64,000 nucleotides of DNA, taken from the NCBI GenBank assembly GCA_965178125.1, contig OZ237776.1:372001-436000 (forward strand), written 5' to 3'. This stretch comes from Bilabrum cf. latius. Lineage: Eukaryota. This document shows, piece by piece, positions 41,801 to 53,425 of the stretch. The notes below the pieces were generated by a model. It had not been told where the DNA came from. It saw nothing but the letters and a program-made list of their open reading frames with translations, and ran no database searches. The position numbers were made by a program, and so were the translations under genes. Within the stretch, counting starts at the first letter, position 1. Each line of letters begins with the position of its first letter.

Positions 41801-42054
41801 TCTATTGCAGCAAAGAATAGGTGATCTCGAGCTTGCAACATGCGTGTTTCTATCTGCACGTCGGCTATTCTAGTTGCCGCGCCGCTGCTTGTAGTGGCTG
41901 CATTGGCACGGGCTCGGCGCTAATCGAGTTGCAGGTGCTCGTCTGGAAGCATAAGTGAAGGCAACCTGAGATCAGACGCATCCACTGCCACAATGGAAGC
42001 CCTGAATGAATGGTCTAGTAGTAAGACGGCAAGACATAAAAGTTTCCATGCCAT
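38854..42054 (-). CDS. Signal peptide + ELWxxDGT-repeat beta-propeller + Ser/Pro stalk + multi-pass TM domain, ~1066 aa
   Basis: Single frame once TAG is read through. N-term MAWKLLCLAVLLL; repeats LFFAA..GRELWMSDG, LYFTA..VELYWYD, LYFRA..RELFRYTG, LFFAA..GEELWWFDG, GAELWGWN; PSPSPS stalk; TM segments with LDFVSD and VEDAVQLGVQ; ends in TAA. Alternative ATG at 42069. Confidence 0.82.
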
Positions 42055-42334
42055 GCTTCCTCGATGCATCTCTGGGCTCGATGCACCGGCCTCCCAACCT
42101 CGTGCAAGAAGTATATCGAATTATCCAGTCACAGTAACACTCATAGAGAATACAATGGTGTCATTCAATATCAATCATTGGAACTTGCAGCTGGCACGAA
42201 GTGGTCGCAGATGGCACGCAGATGGATTGTGCCACGCACTGGTCGCATACGACCACCGGAACCATCCGAGGTGGCCCATGCCGAGACAGGCGCATCATCT
42301 CGTGCACGTTCAAACTGTACTAGAGAAATGTCAG

Positions 42335-45300
42335 TCAATCAATCCTGCGCTGAGCCGCACGACTGACCGCTTCCCGAAGCAGCGTCGCGTCGTCTGTCGC
42401 CCCAACCGGAGCGGGCGCCTTGCCAGTGGGAGGCAGCGGTGGAGCGCGCCTGTCCACGTGGGGCGCCAGAAGGGGTGCATCCGGGCACCTGAGAGCCGCC
42501 GCGGCCGCGAGCGCAGACCCCGCGAAGGTACCAGCGTTCCCGTCCCTCCATGAATCGTCTGCCGTGCCAGAGTAGCCCGGAGCCTCACCCCCCGACTTCA
42601 AGTTGAAGGGTGCATCGGCCCATCCCGCACCCGCACCAGAACTCGCCTCGAGGCCCTAGCCAGCTCCAGCCTCGCTGGCCCTGGCCCTCGCTCTCTCGAG
42701 ACGAGAGGCCCACTCCTGCTCCCGCTGCCGCTCCCGGTGCCGCTCCCGTTCCCCTCTCGACGACTCCGCCACGCCGCGCCGAGAGGCGGCCACGAGGCTG
42801 CCCGAGTCGAACATGCCCATCGGATCCGCGGCGCCTCTTTGACCACCCGCGGGGGTGGACCTCCACGCCTCGAGGTATTGCCGGTGCGCCATCGCAGCGG
42901 CCTCCTTGCTCGCCCGCTGGCGCTCCCTCGCCCGCACCTGCTCGAACACGCGCCGCTGCGACTCGGCCACGTCGTGCCTGCCGCCGGGCAGCAGCGTGGC
43001 CTCGTGCCGCCCGTACGTGGCCCCAGGGGGCGCGGGCACGGCATTCCCCACCCTGAGCGGCTTAGCCACCAGGTCGGCAGCCAGCTGCCCGCCGCTCACC
43101 TGGACGTTGCTGCCCGCCCCCTCCCTTGCGCCATGACCGTGCAGTGCACCCGACAGACCGGACCCAGCCCCTGTCGGCGCCGCGTGCGAGGCCTCCTGCC
43201 TTATGCCCCCTTTGGCCACCCTCTGGATCTGATCGCTCAGCCTCGCTGCCTCCGCCCTCTCCCGCACGTCCAGCCTCGCGCTGCGCATGGCGTCCTGGGC
43301 CGTCTGCGCGATCGCCACAGCGACCGTCTGGAAGCGCGTGAGCTCGTGCCTGAACCGGTGGGACTGCTCTGCCTGCTTAAGTGCCTGCCTGGCCGCCTGA
43401 GGCGTGACGAGTCTGGCCACGGATGGATCCCCCGTGCGCCTGGCCAGGGCCCGCAGGTACTCCCCCTGTTCCTCCGCGCTCATCATCGCGTCATCGTCGA
43501 GGAGACCGCCCTACAGGCCGGCCGCAGCGGCACGCTCCCGCCTCTCTTTGGCCACTGCTCGGATCGCAGCGCCGGTACCAGGCCCCGAGCCCATGCTGCT
43601 GTTCCCTGGCCCCTACCCTCGGCGCGTCCCGCTGCCGGCTCCCTGGTGCAGGGCCTAAATGTCGCTGCGGGCTGCCTCGTGCGATCTGGCCCTCAGCGCG
43701 AAGGCCAGGGAGGCCAGCTGCTCTGGTTCCAGCAGTGCAAGGTGCGCGCGGGTCAGACCCAGGGAGCTGAACCTCTCCGCGGGGGTCATGACCCGCCAGC
43801 GGGCCGCGAGTCTCTGGGATGCCTTGGACCTCGTGTGGCCGGCGTGCGGCAAGTTCTCCGCTCCCGCCGCAGCTGCACCGCCGTGCCCTGCAGCCGCCTC
43901 GGCCGCCTTCTTGAGGTCCCCCCTGAGCCCGTCCCTCTGCCTCGCCTGCCGCGCGTAGAACCGCACGGTGGCCCGGATGACCCTCTCGTTCTCCGACTCG
44001 GGGGCCAGCGACCGCTGCAGCAGCTGGCGGGTCCTGCCCTCGTCCAGGCCCCTCCTCTGTGCGTCCCTCTCTACGTGCTTGCGGATGCGATCCCGCCTCG
44101 CACCGTCCTCTATCGTCTGCGCGTAGATGCGCCTCAGCTCCGGGTGGGCCCGCAGCATCTCACCCACCGCCGCTGTCTCCTCGTCCGGGGTGATATCCGC
44201 CGCCGCGGCCTCCTTGGCGGCCTGCTCTGCGCTTGCCCTTGCCCTGGCCCGCTGGACAGGATCCATGGAAGCGTATTCCTCCTCGTCCTATTCGTCGGCA
44301 TCTGTGGGTCCTCCGTGGGAGTGCATGCTGCCGCCCAGCAGCAGGAGGGAATCAGCGCCACCATCCGTCTCGCCCCCGCCCTCTTTCTCTCCAAACAGCT
44401 TGTCAGCCGCCTCTGCAAGCCGCTCCATGACTGCCTGGATCGCGCTGACGGTGTCCTTCTGCGTGTGGAACAGCACGCTGCTCAGGCTGCAGCTCGTGCC
44501 CCAGCACGCCCGCACCGCCGCGGGCTCGTATCCCTCGGCCCCCGCCATGGCCACCGGCCGGGGAACAAGCTACTCGATCGGCTCCAAATACGATTCCGGG
44601 TCCTCCGGGTCGAAGTCCACGCCCAGTTCCTCCCTGATCCCCACCTCGCTGACCGCTCCCGCGTGGCCCCACTCCAGCACCTTGCGGGAGCGGGTCAGTG
44701 CGAGGGAGTGTCTCCAGCCCGCCTGCACCTGCACGCACCCCTCCCCCGCGGGGTCAGACAGCCACGGGCCGCGCACGGGTGTGGGCCAGGCCCTGTCCCT
44801 GCGGTCCCCCGTGCCCAGCTGGCCGTGGGAGTTGGCCCCCCACGCCAGCACGCGCCCGTCCGCGAGCACGGCCAGCGAGTGCCGTGCACCGCAAGCGATG
44901 GCAGAGAAACGGAACGTGCCGCTCCCGGTCCCGCCAGCGGCCCCTCCAGCACCCCTGGCTCCTGCTCGTGCTCGAGCACCAGCGCGCAGCGGCCTGGCCC
45001 CCTCCAGACTAGCACCACCGTGCGATGCACCGTGCCCCCGGGCCCCCGGCTGCCCCCCAGTGACCCTCATGATTCTGGCCTCCGCATGAAGCTGCGCCAG
45101 CTCCTGCTCGGCGGCTAGTGCGGCAGCAGCGGCCGCTGCATCCGATTGCAGCGTGCCGCTGCCCTACCCACCGGAAGGTACGAGCGCATTCCCGGTTGCG
45201 CTGGCGCCCAGGCCGTACGCCAGCGCAGCGTGCCTGCCCGCGGGGTCCAGCCGCGCGTCGTAGGCACCCGCCCCGATGGCCCTCCTGACGACGGAGGCGC

Positions 45301-48300
45301 CTGGCACCGCAGTGCCCTGCACCTGCACCTGCACCAGGCTGGCCTTGGCGTCCTCCAGCGCGAGCACCTCTTCCTCCGACGGCGGGGGCATCACCAGCCC
45401 CGGGGCGATCCTGCTCCCCTTCTGCCCGAAACCGAGCTGCCCGTGACTGCCTTCGCCCCACGCAAACACGTCCCCATCCGAGGTGAGGGCCAGCGTGTGC
45501 GCCCACCCGCAGGCCACGTCCACGACGTGGTGCCTCACCAGCACCTGCACGCCCGTCGGCACGCTCCTATCGGGCATCCGCACCATGCCCTGCTGCACTC
45601 CCGTGTCGGGCACGCTCTGGCCCACGCAGTTGCCCGCGCCCGCTGCGTACACGGACCCGCTTGCCACCATGAATACGGTGTGCTGGGCCCCCGCGCAGGC
45701 CCGGGCTATTTTGCGGCGGAGCGCGGTCACGTGCGTTGGCACGGTGACGTCCTGCGTGTGCCCCAGCCCCAGCTGCCCCCTCGAGTTGGCACCCCACGAG
45801 TACGCCAGCCCCGTGTTGGTCACGGCCACGCAATGGTCCGCCCCCGCGCTCACGTGCGTGACGAACGTCTTTGGGTGCCACGGGGGGTTGGCAGGAGGCA
45901 GCCGCATCATGGTCGAGTCGGGCCCCAGGGCCCGCACCCTTCTCGGCGCAGTGACCCGCCCCCCCCCACCCCCAGTGCCCCTACCCTCCGCTCCCTGGCC
46001 CCCGTCGTCATGCCCACACTGCCCCCTGTCGTCCCACCCCCACGTCCACACCGTCCCGTCCGACACGAGGGCAACGGCATGGGTGGACCCGAGGTCCACC
46101 TCGTGGGTGTGCCTGGACCTCACCAGCATGCTCCTCTCGAACTCGGCCAGCTGTCGGGCCATGCTGTACCCCCGCACGTGGTGCGACCCCTCTGTGGATG
46201 CATCTCCGTCATCGCCGTTCCTCTCGTCGCCGCCTGGTCCGTCCAGTTGTTCAACATGTCCCTCGTCCTCCCCCTCCCTCTCGTCGTCTCTCTCGTCCTG
46301 CTCGGCCCTGTCCCTCCTCGCCCTCGCGGCGTCCCAGGGCTCTGCCTTGACCTGCTCCTCCTCCTCCCTCGCCTGCGCCAGGATCTGCTCCGTGGTGCCG
46401 AACACCTTGGCGAGGTCCTGCGTGGCATCCACGTCCAGCACCCGGTGCATGAGCGGGCCGCCGTGCGACAAGGCCCCACGATGGTGCGCGCTGCCAGAGA
46501 GCCGCCCGGCGGCATGCACCGCACGGTTCGCGACCGATCGCGACCGGGTCGTGCCGCCTCCCCCGCTCCCCATCCCATTCCCCCTGTGTCCGTCCCTGCC
46601 AGTACCGCGCCCCGCTCCGCTCCCAACCTCCCGGTCCTCGTCGTCGCCGCCCCTGTCCTGGTGCACGCCGTGCCAGAACACCAGCGAGTGCATCTGCTCG
46701 CCCATGCTCGCCAGCGCCCTGGCCTCCCCGAACCGCTGCCTGTGCACCCGCCACGCCTGCTCGGCGGCCTGCGCCATGGACCGGACGTGGCCCACGGCAC
46801 GCCGCGCCAGGTGGCCTCGCATGGCTCGCTGGATCTGCACCGCAGCCGCCCAGTGCCGGTGGAAGCGCAGCCGGACCATCCGCGCCCGCAGCCACCGCTG
46901 GAGGAATCGAGTGGCCGCGCGAAGCTCGAGGAACCTTCGCCGCACCAGCTTGCCCTTGAAACCCGCAAACAGGGCCCGGAAGAACCGGATCTTGGCAGCG
47001 CGGATGCGGTGCGCCCGCAGGAAGGCCACCACGGCCGAGTTACTGCAGCGGCTCAGGTGGCCCCGCAGCAACGCCTGCATCGCCGTCGCAGCGCGCTGCC
47101 TCGCCCTGTACAGCGCGTTGCGGACGAGGAAATCCCGCGCGAACCTCTGCATCTTGAGCAGCGACCTGTGCCTGTCCATGATGGCCTTGCGCATCAGAAA
47201 GCCGCGGGCCAGCACGTGGGCCTGCATGAGGGTCAGACGCATCTGCGTGAGACGCTATCTCGCCTTGAAACGGCACCACGCGGCGTACAGGACCTGCCTC
47301 GCGTGGACCATCCGCAAGAAAGCCATCCGGCGGTGCCTCGAGACCACAAACCGCTTGATGGCCGCGGCGTTCCGGTGGTGGTAGACGTAGTTCTCCCGCT
47401 CTAGACGGGCCCTGACGAGCGCCTGCAGCCGGATGGTGCACCGCTTCAGCCGGGCGTACTTCGTTTTCCAGAGGACCATGCGCACCTATTTCTGCAGCTA
47501 TACGGCGGCCGAGTCCATCGAAGCCATGGATGCCTTGCGCGCGGCTTCGAGGGCGGCAGACACCCTCTCTGACAGGAACACCCGGGTCCTGCCCAGCTGC
47601 GTCTCGGCCGCTTCGGCCCGCCGCAGGGCAGGCAGCGCATCACGGAGGGCGGTGAGGAGCTCACGGACCAGCTCGCGGGCCCGCCCGGACTGCGTGCTGC
47701 GAGGGAAGGATGCACCCAGCTCTGCCTGCCCTGTGCCCGGGCCCGGACCGTCTGCAATGCCAGAACCGTCTGAGGCGAGCACGCTGCCGAGCTGCTGCTG
47801 CTGCTGCTGCTGCTGCTGAGCCCCCCCATCGCTCTTGCCAGTAGTCTCCTGCGCCACAGCCCTGCCCATGGCCCTCGCCGCGTCTTCCTCCCACCTCCTG
47901 AGCGCGTGCACCATGCGCACCCCGCGCCGCTGCAGCAACCCGGGGGCGAGCACGACGTACCTGTCGTAGAACTCAGTGAAGGGGTCCTGCCTGGGCAAGC
48001 CCTCCGCCATGGCGCACAGCATGGCAGCCATGCCAGAGGCTCTCAGCTGGCGGTGGATCTCCAGCGGCTGCACCACTCCCACGGCCCTGCCGAACTCATC
48101 CTATTCTTCCTTCTCCTTCTCCTCGACTCCCTCGGGCCTTGACGCTGTTCCTTGGTGCGTCCCCCCAGTGGGTCGCATACAGTGCACGATAAATGCATCG
48201 CTGGCACCCGCTGCAGCCAGCATCGCTTCGGTCTGCTCTGTGACCCGGGCCACGTGGGTCACCTCCAGCTCGGCAGGGTCGGCGGGAGGCAAGTCCTCGT

Positions 48301-48784
48301 CCTGGGCCTGTGCGCGGGTCCTCGCCCTGGCACTCGCCGGGCTGTGCGACCTGCCGTCCTAGTTCTGGTCCTCCCTGTGCCTCCCTGCCTCCTCGCCCCT
48401 CATGGCCGCGTGCAGTCGGGCCAGGGCACGGACGGGCGCGAGCGAGGCGTTCTGCATTAGCGCCAGTACGTGAGGGGACACGTGCCTCGAGTTAGAGGAC
48501 ACAAAGTCGGAGGGGGAGTAGCAGACGTCGCTGCCGCTGTGCCGCACCGCGAACCGGCGAGCATACGGTCCAGCGCCGTGTTCGTGGTGTGACGAGTGCG
48601 ATCTCGGCCCCTCCGGCGGGAATCGCCTCGAGCTAAGACTGCCCGTGCTGCGCTTGCTGCCGGCACTGCCAGCACCGCCATCCTCCTCGTCGTCGGGTGG
48701 CAGCACCGTCACTCCGTCCCTAGTACCCTGCAGGCGGAGCACAGGGGAGCCACCCTAGCCCTAACCCTAGCCCTAGCCCCTGGC

Positions 48785-48817
<33 letters not shown>

Positions 48818-51325
48818 TCTGCTGCGGGCCGGCGATCCAGCCCTGGACCCTCGGCTCTCCCGCGCCGCATAGGCACTGGTGGCGCCCATTTTCAGCTCCG
48901 GGTCCACGAACCGGAAAGGCTTGGCTCTCTCCAGCCGCACAAGGCCCTGCTGAAAGGCGGCCTCGGCGGCGAGGGAGGGGCCCGCTGTCCCCTGCGACCC
49001 CCTTGTTCCCTAAGCCGCGCCGCCCGACGCTTCCTCCAGCTGCGTGAGGATGCCGATGGGGTGCGCCCGCCCCTCTAGGATGGCCAGCGCCTGGTTGTTG
49101 GTGGGGGGGACGCCCTCGTACCCCCCCCTGGGGCTGACCCCCTCCTGGGCGTACCTCCGGAGCTCGGACTCGTACAGCAGGTCGCGAACCGAAACGAACG
49201 TTCGCTCGCTCTGGTAGTTCCGCAGCATGGTTCCAAACGTGGCAGCATCAGCGGCGCCCCCTGCCCCCATTGTGCCCTGGGTCCACTTGGCTCCGCGCTG
49301 CGTTCTCCCAGTCTGCGCCAGCCCGGGCAGGTCCACCACATGCATCCACCTGCTGGGCTCCCCCTGGCCCTGCCCCTGCCCCTCCCCGCGCCCCCCGTCG
49401 AGGTCCAGCCCCCCTTCAATGCCCTCGTCCGCGAGAGGGGGCCACTGGATCGCCCTGCCCCACTGCCTCGCCAGTCTGCTCTCGATCACGTGGTTCAGCC
49501 GGGCCACAACCCACGCGTACAGTGCGCCGTAGGTCTCATGTGCAAGCCTGCGCAGGGCGGCTGGGTCTGCCTTTAGGTATGCAGACATGCTCGGAGAAGA
49601 GCGGGAGGAGGCGCTGGGTGGCGATGCCAGCGGCGACGAAGACGAGGACGAGGAGCTCTTCACCATCTGGGTTTGATCAGCCTCCGCCTCCGCCTCCGCC
49701 TCTGCCTCTGCCTCGTCCTGCTTGGATTCGCTCGCGCCCGCAGCCAGCTCCTCGCCTGTCTCTGGGGTGCCCCATCCCAGCACCTCGCGGCAGAACTACC
49801 CCGTCCTCGCGATTCCAAGGGCCTTGCCCGCGCTCAGCACCGCCATGGCCGCCGCACTGCCGGCCTTGCGCGCCTGGCTCAGCGTCTCTACAGCAACGAT
49901 TGCGCTGTCTGCCTCATCCCCCTCTTGGTCTCGTCCTTTCTCAGCATCCTGCTGCTGCTGCTGCTGCTAAATTATTTGCTGGTACTCCTCTGCCGATGCT
50001 TTCGCCTCTCGCGCGTGCACCGCTGCCACCACGAGCTGCAGCACCCCCGCAGCTTGCCGCAGGATGACGCCCCTGTCCTCGGCGCCCAGCCCGCACGCGT
50101 CAAGCGCCCGCTGCAGCAAGCGGAACTTGTCCGCGTCTTCGATCTGGCGCCGCGCATCCTCGTCTGCGGAGTCATCGCCCGGGCCCGAGTCTCGCTTCGC
50201 TTCCCCCTCTCCGCCTCGCGGGCCGAACGCGCGCTCCATCTTGTCTCGCGTGGGAAACCCGAGGGCCGCCCTCTCCTCGGGGGCCAGGCCGGCTAGTACC
50301 GCAGAGAAAATTTGAAAGTTTCTCTCGGGCCCGCTCTCTCGCTCCGACACCCGCCCCACGTCCATCAACACGGCCCTGATTCTCGCCTTGGACACGCGCC
50401 CGTCCTGCAGCTGGAAGGAAACCATCCATGCCTGCCTGCTAGAGCTGGGGTTGCCCGCTGAGGGGGCGCTCCCGAACGCATCCAGCACGGTGGTGAACTC
50501 AGAAAGCACGGTTTCAGCCGCCTCGCTTGCAGGGACGGGCGCTCCCGCCGCATGCGCCCTGGCTCGCGAGACGCACATCATGTACCGGAGCGCCTGCCGG
50601 AAGTTCTCAGTCTTGCCGCCGTCCGTCTCGCCCGTGAACAGCATGCTCTGCGAAATGCCTTCGGATTTCAGATTGAGGATACAGGTGTCTGCAGCGGCGA
50701 ATATGTGCGGCGGCAGAGCACCTTCTTCTTCTCCTCGCCTGCGCTGGCTCATCCACTCCGCCGAAGACTTGCTGCCCGCTGCCGCCGCGCGCTGCGACTC
50801 CTCAAAGTACCGCTGCATGACAGCGGGATTGTACAGAGAGCATACTAGCGGCTTGGCGCTTTCAGGATTTCCGGGAGCGAATGGTCTAGGCAAGGACACT
50901 GTGATCGGTCTCCTAGGGTTGATGGCGAGCAGCACCCGCGGACCGGCCCGCGTAAAGACCTTGTCCTTGTTGAACCGCGTGATCAGAAGGGAGGCGATGC
51001 TCGCCTCGTTCACGTGCTACATTGAAGCAATATCGTCAACGGATAAATCTGTTCCGCCTCTGGGTGGGAAAGCAGATGCTGGTCCAGTTAGCATTGTCGG
51101 TGGCGGCAGCTGCGTGACTGCAGTCACCTGGTGCTAGTCTCTCCAATCTGTCAGCTGCCCGGGCACCCAGAGGGGGTCATCATTATACTCATTCTCTTCT
51201 AGCTGCAACAGATCGGGGTTTCGAACCCAAACTAGCTTTGGCCGTGTGCCGCTCGGAGGCTTGGGTGACCTTCGGCTGCTTCCAGCGGGGGAGGGGCGCC
51301 CGACGGTCTTCCTGCTGGATGCCAT
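42335..51325 (-). CDS. Divergent myosin heavy chain with IQ motifs and RCC1 repeats, ~2996 aa, intronless
   Basis: 13 minus-strand ORFs share one frame, joined by ~21 TAGs. Motifs: DDIASMxHVNEAS, VLLAINP, LPPHIFAAAD, SQSMLFTGETDGGKTEN, LDAFG, NPSSSR, ERNFQIF, FAVRHSGSDVCY, QLGRTRVFL; several IQxxxRG motifs; RCC1 repeats (WGxNxxGQLG, ACGxxHxLA). Ends in TGA. Confidence 0.9.
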
Positions 51326-51918
51326 CGCAGCAAGATTCCAGGCAACAATTCAGTGAGCACTCGTCGTTGTATTGCGCACAGCTTTGATTTTAGCGCCAGA
51401 CAAGACAGTTTAGGCGCGAGCGTCGAGAGTCGAGCTTGTTGAACCGCTCTTCGATATACTAAAAGTACACGGTACCTCAAGCTCCGATTTGCGTGTCGAC
51501 CAGGATCGGGGCGGTGTACGTATCGATTTCCGATTGAATCGCTATGTAAGTTGTGTATATGTACCTTCACAGTCGTCCGATCTCCATAAGAGTAGGGTTT
51601 GGGTTTGCTATGGAGTTACATGAAGGGACGATCATTTGTTGCTTGTAATTTGAGCCCATGCAAGCTCCATTATCGCAAGTTTGTAGTAACTTTGCCCAAA
51701 TAATGATTTATTGTCATTGATTCATGGTACAATTGCCATCACTTGCGCCGTTCATGGTCATTGGACCGGCATACAAGCAAGTCTAGCTTGGTCCCGGGGA
51801 TGCACCGAGCCGATATGGACCTCAATGAGGTCAATGGCCAATTCGATGCTTTCTATTGTTACATAGAATATAAACAATACATTCTACCGCAGTCTAGATT
51901 TGCCACTCTGCCAGTGCA

Positions 51919-53388
51919 ATGCAATCTGGACAGCAGCATGAGGCGAGGCAATCTTCATCGGAGACCGCACAACCCTCGGCTGGGCAGTCTGGGGCAGCTG
52001 GTGTGCCTGCTCAGTAGGTAATGGCACCGGGAGCTGGTTTGAATACGCGCGGTTCTGCTTCGGACGCAGGGCAGGTGGCCGACCCAGCACAAGCCCCTGG
52101 CCCCGCCCCAGCGCCGGCGGCAGCCTCGACATCGACCCCTGCTCCAGCCCCTGCTCCTGTTCCTGCTCCAGTCCCCGCTCCGATGGACCCCGTGGAAGAG
52201 TCCCTCACTCGTGGGGTGCTCACGGACTCGGCCCTCAGGCAAAAGTACGAGAGGTTCGTGCTGGAGGAGCCGGAGCCGGGGTCCGAGTCGGGGGCGGGGG
52301 AGGGATCGGGGGCTGCCGCGGGGGGGAGCGCGGGTGACCCCAGCAAGCCCAGTGGCAGTGGCACAGGCACAGGCGGGCCAGAGGAAGGCGCCACGCCGGG
52401 CCGCACCGTGCACAGAGCCCTTGACAGGGACGAAGGCGTGGAGGTCTCGTTGCATTTCGTGCAGAAAGCGGTGCCCGGGGCGGGGAGTGGGATGGGCGGG
52501 ACGTCGGGCAGCGAGGGGAATGGCGAGGCCATAGATCTCGTGGGAAGGCTGCGGCCGCATCTTGTGAGACACGAGCGGATCCTCAGCATCGTGGACGCGT
52601 GGGAGGAGAGAGACAGGTATGTGTACGTGACCGAGACCGTGACTTCGGGCACGCTGCAGAGGTGAGACAAGAATAGAAGCAGACGAAGGCGACGGGGAGC
52701 CCAACCGTTAACCGTCACCCATCAGCGACCCCATTGTCTCTCGATTTCCACTCGCCCCTTCCCTTCCCTTCTCGCCTCCACTCCACCGCTCCACCTCGCA
52801 GCTACGTGAAGCGAGTGGGTGACAGCATGAAGATCCGTGTGGTCCGCAAGTGGTCCAAGCAGATTCTGGAAGGCCTCGCCCACATGCACAGCCTCAACCC
52901 GCCCAAGGCCCACGGCGACCTGCGCCTGTCTAACATGTACATCCACGGCGAGAGCGGAGATGTGCTCATCGGGTCTTTCTGTCTCACCGACCAGCAGTCT
53001 GCCTCCGGGTCACCAACGGACGTGGGGCGCTTCGTGGCCCCTGAAGGGAGCGGGACACCAGCGGCAGACATCTACGCGTTCGGGCTGTGCCTGCTGCAGA
53101 TGACAACATCGGAGCTGCCCTGCTGGACTGGAGACAAGGAGGATTTCACCGCGATGCAGGCCAGCAAGAGGGCGGGCAAGCTGCCTCTTTAGCTGGAGGA
53201 GTTCGAGATCAAGGCCAACATCGTGGGGCTGGTGACTGCCTGCCTGAGGGTGGACCCGGCGCAGAGACCCACAGCGAGACAGCTGCTGGACTCAGACCCG
53301 TTCCTAAACAAGAAGAAAGACAAGAGCGGGGCGGCACCGGCACCAGCACCAGCACCAGCACCAGCACCAGCACCAGCTCCAGCACCAG

Positions 53389-53425
<37 letters not shown>

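Noticed and set aside
42737-47404. Long + strand ORFs (793, 752, 633 aa) opposite the myosin
   Set aside because: Shadow ORFs from high GC and codon bias; Pro/Arg/His-rich with no motifs, whereas the minus strand has clear IQ/RCC1 motifs.
48753-48778. Telomere-like CCCTAG/CCCTAA repeats
   Set aside because: Only four units; in the myosin frame they read GGY-TAG, i.e. a Gly-Gln repeat like others in these proteins.
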